DNA of 32,000 nt from the NCBI GenBank assembly GCA_022646745.1, contig CP060262.1:2010001-2042000 (forward strand). Reading direction: 5' to 3'. Below are positions 8,036-14,571 of the stretch, piece after piece (the stretch's first letter is position 1; each line of letters opens with the position of its first letter). A program made the position numbers and the translations under genes. The notes beneath the pieces are model-generated. The model did not search any database. It was not told where the DNA came from and saw only the letters and a list, made by a program, of their open reading frames with translations. This stretch comes from Planctomycetales bacterium. GTDB lineage: Bacteria; 4484-113; JAFGCY01.

Positions 8036-8735
8036 CCATGCTCGCCTTCTTCATGTAGTCCTTCTCGCGGCCGATCAGCGTGATGTCGCTCGGGTTCACC
8101 GCGCCCTTGTCCAGCCACTGCGTCTCCTGCCAGGCGCGCACCACGTTGCGCTCGATCGCGCTCTTGTCCCCCATCCGGTAGGCGATCATGTCGCGCACCT
8201 TCACGCGGTAGGGGATCAGCGGCTGGTCGTAGCTGTAGTAGCAGTCCTGCATCCACTCCTCGCGCTCCATCACGCTGCGGAACCAGCTGTTGGCCTCGGA
8301 GTAGTCCACCCCGATGATGCCGAGCTGCATGGTGTAGCGGCCGTACTCGTTCTCGTAGTAGTCCACCACGAGGCTGTGCCCGCCGTGCTCCGCGAGCTCC
8401 GGGGTGTACTTCGAGATGATGCCCAGCACATGCGGGTAGTTCACCGGCTGGAAGTCCGCCGGCAGCTGGATGTTGATCTGCTGCGCGTCGTCGTAGGGGG
8501 CCAGCGTGAGCGTCGAGCTCCAGGCGCCGACCGCCGCCAGCGCCATCACCAGCACCGCCAGCCTGAAGCCGAGGCGCATGCTGCCCTGCGGACGGCGGCG
8601 CGGCTCCTGCTTCAGCATGTTCTCCAGGTGCAGACGGCTGATCTGCGGGTCGACTTCCTTCTCCAGGCGCTCGAACACGCCGAAGATCAGCTTCTCGGCC
8701 TCGCTCTGGGGGTTCTTATTGAACTCGTTATTCAT
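8022..8735 (-). CDS. Single-pass membrane protein co-transcribed with the ECF sigma factor (putative anti-sigma factor)
   Basis: Its start overlaps the sigma gene stop by 8 nt. It has a cytoplasmic N-terminus, one TM helix (LGFRLAVLVMALAAVGAW) and an extracytoplasmic domain of about 150 aa. No canonical HxxxCxxC zinc motif is present. Confidence 0.6.
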   Translation of the reverse strand: MNNEFNKNPQSEAEKLIFGVFERLEKEVDPQISRLHLENMLKQEPRRRPQGSMRLGFRLAVLVMALAAVGAWSSTLTLAPYDDAQQINIQLPADFQPVNYPHVLGIISKYTPELAEHGGHSLVVDYYENEYGRYTMQLGIIGVDYSEANSWFRSVMEREEWMQDCYYSYDQPLIPYRVKVRDMIAYRMGDKSAIERNVVRAWQETQWLDKGAVNPSDITLIGREKDYMKKASMVSGK

Positions 8736-9333
8736 TTGTCGTCTCCTGCACTACTGTCCCGTGAGAGAAAGGGAGGGCACCCTCCGGCACCATCGCGGCC
8801 AGCTTCTTCCTGGCCCGGTACGCACATTGGATCACTGCACGGGAGCTGATGCGGTGGATTGCCGCCACCTCGTCGGGCGAAAGGTCGCCCGGGCCGAGGA
8901 GCAGGAGCGTTTCGCGCTCGCGCGGGTTCAGCCGTCCCAGCAGTTCTCTGGTCAGGGTCAGCTGGTAGCCGAGCTCGGCGGGGTCATTGCTTACAAGTTT
9001 GGTGGCTTCCCAGAAACTATATGCACCCGCGGGCTCGGCTACCAGTGAGATTCGCCGCAATCTGTCACGATTGCGCTGGTTTCGGAATCCGTTCAGGAGG
9101 ATCGAGAAGAACCATTCCCTGAACTTGTCCCGGCTCCGAAGCTGGTGGAACCGGCTGTAAGCCTTGAGCACTGCATCGCTTGTCAGGTCCTCGCCGTCGA
9201 TCAGGCTGCCTGAAATGGCCTGGGCGTAGGCGAGGGCCTTGGGGTAGACGGGCGCGAGCAGCTCGAGGAACTCAGCCTGACGCGCAACCGTCGCCTGGTC
9301 CTCATTGCTACTGCTGTGATGCCCTTGACTCAC
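8728..9333 (-). CDS. ECF-family RNA polymerase sigma-70 factor
   Basis: The region 2-like segment is DLTSDAVLKAYSRFHQLRSRDKFREWFFSILLNGFRN. The region 4 HTH segment is LNPRERETLLLLGPGDLSPDEVAAIHRISSRAVIQCAYRARKKL. The start codon is GTG. Confidence 0.85.
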   Translation of the reverse strand: MSQGHHSSSNEDQATVARQAEFLELLAPVYPKALAYAQAISGSLIDGEDLTSDAVLKAYSRFHQLRSRDKFREWFFSILLNGFRNQRNRDRLRRISLVAEPAGAYSFWEATKLVSNDPAELGYQLTLTRELLGRLNPRERETLLLLGPGDLSPDEVAAIHRISSRAVIQCAYRARKKLAAMVPEGALPFSHGTVVQETTNE

Positions 9334-9367
9334 GATAAAGCTGACAGCCTTCCACTGTGCGGGTAAC

Positions 9368-9396
9368 GGAAATTTCCGGAGATTCCGGAAATTTCC
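9368..9396. promoter_or_regulatory. Two perfect 10-bp palindromes GGAAATTTCC spaced 19 bp apart, upstream of the ECF sigma gene (candidate operator/promoter element)
   Basis: The copies are at 9368-9377 and 9387-9396, which is 35-63 nt upstream of the sigma start at 9333. Confidence 0.35.
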
Positions 9397-9402
9397 AGGT
9401 TT

Positions 9403-9509
9403 CAGGGACCTGGGACCTGGGATCAGCAGGTAGCAGGTGCCTGGGTTCAGTAGGGATCAGGTCTCAGGGCGCTTGTATTCGATCCCTGGTCCCCGGTCCC
9501 CGGTACCTG
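9403..9509. repeat. Heptamer tracts of the GGGACCT/AGGTCCC family forming inverted arms
   Basis: The left arm is CAGGGAC CTGGGAC CTGGGAT CAGCAGG TAGCAGG and onward (9403-9470). The right arm is ATCCCTG GTCCCCG GTCCCCG GTACCTG (9482-9509). The arms are imperfect reverse complements. Confidence 0.8.
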
Positions 9510-9551
9510 ATTATAAGGTGCTGGGAGGGGGGAGGCAAGGGGGAAATAGAT

Positions 9552-9579
9552 TTGACAAATGATGTGCTACACTTAGCTT
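9552..9579 (+). promoter_or_regulatory. Candidate sigma70-type promoter for the island gene (TTGACA-N16-TAGCTT)
   Basis: TTGACA at 9552-9557 is a perfect -35 and TAGCTT at 9574-9579 is a weak -10. TATAAG at 9610-9615, 5 nt before the ATG, is an alternative -10. In AT-rich DNA such matches arise by chance. Confidence 0.3.
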
Positions 9580-9620
9580 TTCTCAGCTCGTTATGAATCC
9601 AAGATTACATATAAGATGCC

Positions 9621-12600
9621 ATGAAGTTAACTGATCTTTACACTTTCAATAAGTTTTCAATAAAAGAAGCTGGTCCAAAGTATAGTCCGGGTATAGCTGA
9701 AGGTGCGCCAAATATTGAGATAAACGAGCTTGTAGAATTCTTAGACGCACTCTGTCTAAATGAAAATTTTAAACTAGCATTTAAAACAATTAATAATGAA
9801 CTAACAAATATATCAATTTATCATAGTAGAATCGTAAATGGTCTGTTCTTAAATAACAAGCATACACCAGCAACACTATCTAAATCACTTAGTAAGGTAA
9901 TACAAAGCAGAACAACAGAAAATCTAGAAGCAGAATTATCTCACGCTAAGAGGGCATACACTTTCATATCTAGAAAAATTTCCAATAGACTAAAAGCGGT
10001 AAGGAAAATAGCAAGAGAAAGAGAGCCTAACAACACTAGAGACTCCGAGTATGAAAGATTACAATCGGAAATAAGTGCTTTGAGAGAATACTCCCTAGTT
10101 TCAAACAAACTCAAAGTGTTTTTCGCCGGTGACTATGAACAAGTCATTTTTGCTCAAAACCATATTCTCTTGACAGGAGAATGGGGAACTGGAAAAACTC
10201 ACTTCTTATGCGATATGGCCTTGCGGTATGAAAAGCTTGGGTTACCGGTGTTGCTAGTGTTAGCAAACAACCTAAAAACAGTTAATGATCCCTTTGCTGA
10301 AATTTCAAATCTAGTGAAGATAGAAAAAAATTCTTCAGCTTTCCTAAAGAATTTGAATAAGATTGCAAAGCAGAAGAAAGTTAGAGCCTTGATTTTGCTT
10401 GACGCAATAAATGAGAGCGATAGAAAATACTGGCATCGAAACATGAAATTTATCATCAATACTTTGAAGGCGTACAAAAATCTGCGCCTGGTAGTTTCTT
10501 GTAGAACTCCGTTTGAGGAGCAGATAATTAATCAAAGCACTCAAAGAAAGTTTACAAAGATTAATCATATGGGATTTCAAGATAATGAGTTCAACGCGCA
10601 GATTGAATTCTTCAAACACTATGAAATTCCTCTGTCCTTTGTGCCATTACTTGTTCCGGAGTTTACTAAACCACTTACATTGAAAATGTTGTGTGAAGAC
10701 CTGAAAGATTACTCTACACCTTGGCAAAAGAGAAAATTAAAAATTCTCATTTCAGGGCAGAGAGGAATGACTACAATTTTGGAGAATTATATTGTCAAGA
10801 AGGGTGGAGAAATAGAAAAGAAATTCAGTCTGCCTACAAAATCATGTTGGTTCTTTATTAAAGGAAAGGGCAGCAATTTGGATCTATGTATAGCTGCGAG
10901 GATGGCATCGCAGTCGAAGAGTTGGCTAAAAAGAGATGAAGTGCAACAAATTGCTCAGCAATTTTTTGCGTTCAATAACGATGAATCATCTGCATTTGTT
11001 GCATCACTAATTGAGGGGGGCATTCTAAAAGAAGAGCTCAAATGGGAACCGAATAAATTCGTTGAGGCAATAACGTTTCCATATCAAAGATTTGGTGATC
11101 ATATAATTGCTAGACATCTTATGAACAATTATTTGAATTTAGAATCAGATATTCATATCAGCAGAAGTTTTTATCGAAATCGAGTCTTAGGCAAATTGTT
11201 TTATAGTGAATTCAATAATTATAGTGTTTCAGAGCCAGGACTAATAACTGCAATAATGCTAGAATTACCTGAGAGATTAAAGAAAAGAAAAGGAAAGTCC
11301 GAGCTATTTGCGTTTTTGCCTAAGGACGTTTTGAGGAGAAAAAATGCATTACTAAATCAGTTATTTATAAGTGGTTTGTCTTGGAGAAGCACAGACGCGA
11401 TCACTGAAGAAACTGAAGATAAAATACATATTTTGTTGAAAACCGATGATACATACATAAAGAACTTATGCTTTACAACATTAGTTGGTTTGTGTTTAAG
11501 AGTTAATCACAAACTATCTTCTAAATGGTTGTGGGACTATCTTATTAATTTATCAATGCAAGATCGAGATCTACTATGGTCAGAATTCTTGAGAGATTAC
11601 CAGGGTGTTGAGTCTATAGAGCAGGTGTTTAGTTGGTGTGAAATTAAGAAACATGAATTTGACAAAGAAACTGTACTGCTATTAGTCAATGTCCTATCGC
11701 TGGTATTAACCAGCTCAAACCGACATTTAAGAGATGCTGCCACTAAACAAATCGTTTTGCTAGGCGATCATCAGCCTGAAGTGATTTTTGGTCATATTCT
11801 CAAGTGCATTGAAGTTGAGGATGTTTATATCAGCGAGCGCATGATTGCGGCTGGATATGGAATAGCCATGAGGTGGTGGGGAAAAGCTGATAACCAATCG
11901 CTACGCAAACAGATTTGCAATCTTGCAATCAGTATTGTAGATAGGGTTTTTAGTGACGATTGTGAAAAGAGTGTTTTGCATTCACTTGTATGTAGTTACT
12001 CACGTGGTTTGATAAACATTGCTGCTCAAATTGATCCTTCTTCATTAGAAATTCAAACTCGAGTAATTGATTCTCAAACAAATTCAACTCTATGCTCACC
12101 TTTCCCAAAGAGGAGTAGTATTAGAAATAATATCGAGGAAGTAGTAAGTGATGCAATTCGCATGGATTTTGCTAACTATACTCTTGGTAAACTTGTTCCA
12201 GATCGACGAAATTATGATTTTAGTGACAATAGGTATATTGGATTAAAAAAACAGATTGCCAAGAGGATGCGTGATTTAGGTTATGATCGAGAGATTTTTC
12301 AGTCAATAGATGATGAAATAGGGAGATTTCATACCGGGTACTATCAAGATGAAAAACCGTCTCGAATAGATCGATATGGAAAAAAGTATTCTTGGATTAC
12401 CTACTATGAAATGTTTGAAGTGCTTCATCGGCAGGATCGCTTAGGTTTAGATGAACTGCAATTAACAGATCTCGATATTGATCCGAGTTTTCCTGATGTG
12501 CCTATTTCTTGGATGCCTAAGTTGCAAGTGTATCGCGACGATGGTATTAAGAAAAAGAATGAATGGTTAGTGCGCGGCAAAAGTCCATTCCATACTAATT

Positions 12601-13334
12601 TGTTGTGCAAGCAAATTGTTGACAATTACAGGGGGCCTTGGATATTGTTAGATGCATTCATTGATTTGGATGGAGATGCTAAGCGAAATACAATTTCATT
12701 TATTAATACAATATTGGTTGGCAAGGAAAGTAGGGATACTGTAATTTGTGGATTGTTGAAGAGAGATTATTTGGGAAATGGTTCAATCACTGTAGATGAT
12801 GATGACCACTATGTTTTCGCAGGAGAGGTTCCTTGGTCCACCAAGTTTGCAAGTCATTTGCGTGATGCAAGTGGCGGTGCTATTAGAAAGACTAAAGAAT
12901 TACGTTTTGATCACAATGATCAAAACGTAATTCACGTTGATGTTCCAGTGCACTCGGTAAACTGGGAAGACTATCACAGTTCCGTTAGTACAGGTAGATC
13001 ATACACTACATTAGCCCCACATCTTTCTCAGCTTTTGGATCTCCATTCAGTCAAGGGATCTATAGATTTGTTTGATAGAAAAAATGATTTAGCAACAATC
13101 TATAGAGTGTTTAAATGTAGTGATGATGATTATTTTTATAATCATTTGCTATATGTCAGATCTGATTTGCTGTCGCGATATTTAAATGCAATCAACAGAA
13201 GTTTACTTTGGGTGGTTTGGGGTGAAAGAAGAGTACTTGATGATGATTCCAGATATAATCACTTGATTGCCGAAACATACAGAAGTAACTTGAACAATTT
13301 TTCCAGGTGCTATGAACTCTACTTTAGGTCATAA
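9621..13334 (+). CDS. Large STAND-class (NACHT-like) P-loop NTPase with uncharacterised N- and C-terminal regions
   Basis: This 1237-aa ORF is the only long ORF in the island. The Walker A is GEWGTGKT (nt 10176-10199) and the Walker B is RALILLDAINESD (10383-10421). A sensor-1-like motif LRLVVSCRTP (10482-10511) is followed by MGFQDNEFNAQIEFFKHY. A HEAT-like helical region includes NRHLRDAATKQIVLLGDHQPE. Codon usage is AT3-rich, unlike all neighbouring genes. Confidence 0.9.
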   Translation: MKLTDLYTFNKFSIKEAGPKYSPGIAEGAPNIEINELVEFLDALCLNENFKLAFKTINNELTNISIYHSRIVNGLFLNNKHTPATLSKSLSKVIQSRTTENLEAELSHAKRAYTFISRKISNRLKAVRKIAREREPNNTRDSEYERLQSEISALREYSLVSNKLKVFFAGDYEQVIFAQNHILLTGEWGTGKTHFLCDMALRYEKLGLPVLLVLANNLKTVNDPFAEISNLVKIEKNSSAFLKNLNKIAKQKKVRALILLDAINESDRKYWHRNMKFIINTLKAYKNLRLVVSCRTPFEEQIINQSTQRKFTKINHMGFQDNEFNAQIEFFKHYEIPLSFVPLLVPEFTKPLTLKMLCEDLKDYSTPWQKRKLKILISGQRGMTTILENYIVKKGGEIEKKFSLPTKSCWFFIKGKGSNLDLCIAARMASQSKSWLKRDEVQQIAQQFFAFNNDESSAFVASLIEGGILKEELKWEPNKFVEAITFPYQRFGDHIIARHLMNNYLNLESDIHISRSFYRNRVLGKLFYSEFNNYSVSEPGLITAIMLELPERLKKRKGKSELFAFLPKDVLRRKNALLNQLFISGLSWRSTDAITEETEDKIHILLKTDDTYIKNLCFTTLVGLCLRVNHKLSSKWLWDYLINLSMQDRDLLWSEFLRDYQGVESIEQVFSWCEIKKHEFDKETVLLLVNVLSLVLTSSNRHLRDAATKQIVLLGDHQPEVIFGHILKCIEVEDVYISERMIAAGYGIAMRWWGKADNQSLRKQICNLAISIVDRVFSDDCEKSVLHSLVCSYSRGLINIAAQIDPSSLEIQTRVIDSQTNSTLCSPFPKRSSIRNNIEEVVSDAIRMDFANYTLGKLVPDRRNYDFSDNRYIGLKKQIAKRMRDLGYDREIFQSIDDEIGRFHTGYYQDEKPSRIDRYGKKYSWITYYEMFEVLHRQDRLGLDELQLTDLDIDPSFPDVPISWMPKLQVYRDDGIKKKNEWLVRGKSPFHTNLLCKQIVDNYRGPWILLDAFIDLDGDAKRNTISFINTILVGKESRDTVICGLLKRDYLGNGSITVDDDDHYVFAGEVPWSTKFASHLRDASGGAIRKTKELRFDHNDQNVIHVDVPVHSVNWEDYHSSVSTGRSYTTLAPHLSQLLDLHSVKGSIDLFDRKNDLATIYRVFKCSDDDYFYNHLLYVRSDLLSRYLNAINRSLLWVVWGERRVLDDDSRYNHLIAETYRSNLNNFSRCYELYFRS

Positions 13335-13502
13335 GTGGTTTGGGTGGATTTGCAAATGTTTTATTTCTGTATAGGAAATAGTGTTTTACCTCAGCATGCA
13401 ATTCACAACTAGTCCTGTATATTTACAAGCAGCAATGACTTTTGTTCAAAATAGCACTGATAGTGAAAAATAGCATACTCAATCATTACTTTTATTAGCG
13501 TC

Positions 13503-14222
13503 TCACTCCCCACCGCCATTCGGCGGTTCAATCACCAGCACTGCGGCGCTTGTATTGAAGTCCTGGTAGCTGGCGCGGGCCACATACGTTCCCACCTCGT
13601 CGGGCAGCTGCCAGTTGATTTCAGTGCCGCTTTGCACCGTCAATGATATGACCGCATTGCCGCCACTGTCAAGCAGTGTGCCCGACTCAACCGTGACGCG
13701 GATATCCGGTGGCACAAGCGTGGTGGATGCCCCGCGCCAGGCCCCCGGCAGGGGAATCAGGTAGGGTGTGGCCGTGGCATGCGCTGTATCGGTCGGCGAC
13801 TGGACGTCGTTCGGCGACTGGACGTCGGTCGGCGGCAGGGGTGCCGCCGCTACACTGAGGTGTTCTCCACTGCACCCAGCAACCAGCAACCTGCAAGCAG
13901 TCGGCGACTGGAAGTCGCCGCTACAGTTCCCCGGTCCTAGATCCCTGCCTGCGGTCCCCGGTCCCTGGTCCCCGGTCCCTGCAACGCAGCTTGCAGCCGC
14001 CGATGTCGAGCTGGTCTGCGCGCGTGGGGTGATCGTCACGATGCTGCCGCGCACCGCCGTGGTTGGTGCTTCGAGGATGATGCCGGTCACCGTCACCGGG
14101 TTGGAGGATGCCCCGCCGCCACCGCATGAAGAAGCTGGCAGAAGCAGAAACAGAATGAGAAACAGAAGCAGCAGGGAGGTGAGACAGCGATGAGAGCCTT
14201 GTCTGTTGAGCTTGATGCGCAT
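13503..14222 (-). CDS. Small Ig-like (Big_2-like) lipoprotein interrupted in frame by a REP/short-repeat cluster
   Basis: The track ORF extends to 14282, but the likely start is MRIKLNRQGSHRCLTSLLLLFLILFLLLPASSCGGGG at 14222, with lipobox PASS-C. Beta-rich flanks are VTVTGIILEAPTTAVRGSIVTITPRA and IRVTVESG...GTYVARASYQDFNTSAAVLVIE. The middle ~65 codons (13793-13982) consist of repeat DNA. Confidence 0.6.
   Translation of the reverse strand: MRIKLNRQGSHRCLTSLLLLFLILFLLLPASSCGGGGASSNPVTVTGIILEAPTTAVRGSIVTITPRAQTSSTSAAASCVAGTGDQGPGTAGRDLGPGNCSGDFQSPTACRLLVAGCSGEHLSVAAAPLPPTDVQSPNDVQSPTDTAHATATPYLIPLPGAWRGASTTLVPPDIRVTVESGTLLDSGGNAVISLTVQSGTEINWQLPDEVGTYVARASYQDFNTSAAVLVIEPPNGGGE
13793..13982. 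repeat. Composite repeat cluster: 18-bp direct repeat x2, two GTAG-hairpin REPs (minus orientation) and a GGTCCCC-family heptamer tract
   Basis: TCGGCGACTGGACGTCG(T/G) occurs at 13793-13810 and 13811-13828. One REP, GGCGGCAGGGGTGCCGCCGCTAC, is at 13831-13853. A REP variant, GGCGACTGGAAGTCGCCGCTAC, is at 13903-13924. Heptamers occupy 13927-13982. Confidence 0.8.
14140..14175. repeat. Hexamer tract AGAAGC AGAAAC AGAATG AGAAAC AGAAGC AGCAGG, the second copy of the family seen at 3750-3787
   Basis: Read directly. Its reverse complement encodes LLLLFLILFLLL of the lipoprotein signal peptide. Confidence 0.8.
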
Positions 14223-14284
14223 GGAGGGATGATAACTCATCCAGGGTGCAGGTTGCTGGTTGCAGGGGGCAGGAAAAGTCACTT

Positions 14285-14476
14285 AGTCACTGAGTCAATT
14301 AGTCAATCACCTCCGTTGAGCTATGTTCGATGAGTTTGGTTGACTTATGGACTTATTGACTGAGAGTTCAAGAGTCAACAACTTACGTTTGCGATCAGCT
14401 AGAAGTGAGTGGTTGACTTCTTGACTTAGTGACTGATTGACTTAGTGACTGATTGACTTAGTGACTGCTTGACTGC
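14285..14476. repeat. Octamer/16-mer tracts of the AGTCA/TGACT family
   Basis: AGTCACTG AGTCAATT AGTCAATC lies at 14285-14308. TTGACTTAGTGACTGA occurs three times, plus TTGACTGC, at 14421-14476. Scattered TTGACT copies lie between these two tracts. Confidence 0.8.
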
Positions 14477-14480
14477 GCCC

Positions 14481-14571
14481 GGCGGCAAGGGTGCCGCCGC
14501 TACGCGCTCCGGATACCGAAACCGGAAACCCGAAACCGGAAACCGGTCGGCGGCAAGGGTGCCGCCGCTAC
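14481..14571 (-). repeat. BIME-like cluster: REP, then a CCGAAAC-family heptamer tract, then a second REP
   Basis: GGCGGCAAGGGTGCCGCCGCTAC occurs at 14481-14503 and again at 14549-14571. CCGGATA CCGAAAC CGGAAAC CCGAAAC CGGAAAC lies at 14509-14546. The second REP's CTAC provides the TAG stop of the radical SAM ORF. Confidence 0.8.

Larger units (their letters stand above)
9546..13500. other. Low-GC compositional island of about one-third G+C, likely horizontally acquired, carrying a single gene
   Basis: Sampled 60-nt lines inside give 18-43% G+C, against about 67% outside. The transitions are abrupt at about 9546 and 13500. No integrase, tRNA or convincing flanking direct repeat was seen. Confidence 0.8.

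Noticed and set aside
9357-9596. 79-aa ORF upstream of the island gene
   Set aside because: It lies entirely within heptamer low-complexity DNA and the promoter region, giving a GS/GT-rich translation with no start context.
10199-10619. 91-92-aa minus-strand ORFs inside the island gene (and 12425-12625)
   Set aside because: They are short and low-complexity (Phe/Ile/Lys-rich) and lie antisense to a 1237-aa frame with ordered NTPase motifs.
9542-13381. 8-bp direct repeat GGAAATAG (9542-9549 and 13374-13381) as a possible target-site duplication of the island
   Set aside because: Such a short match is expected by chance in AT-rich DNA. The AT-rich sequence also continues about 120 bp beyond the right copy, so the repeat does not coincide with the compositional boundary.
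13335-13500. AT-rich 3' tail of the island as a possible small RNA or terminator
   Set aside because: I could find no convincing stem-loop followed by a T-run, and no ORF. I cannot support a feature call from sequence alone.
14421-14476. Multiple TTGACT hexamers as stacked -35 promoter elements
   Set aside because: They are the octamer repeat unit itself. No -10 element follows at the proper spacing, and no plus-strand gene lies downstream.
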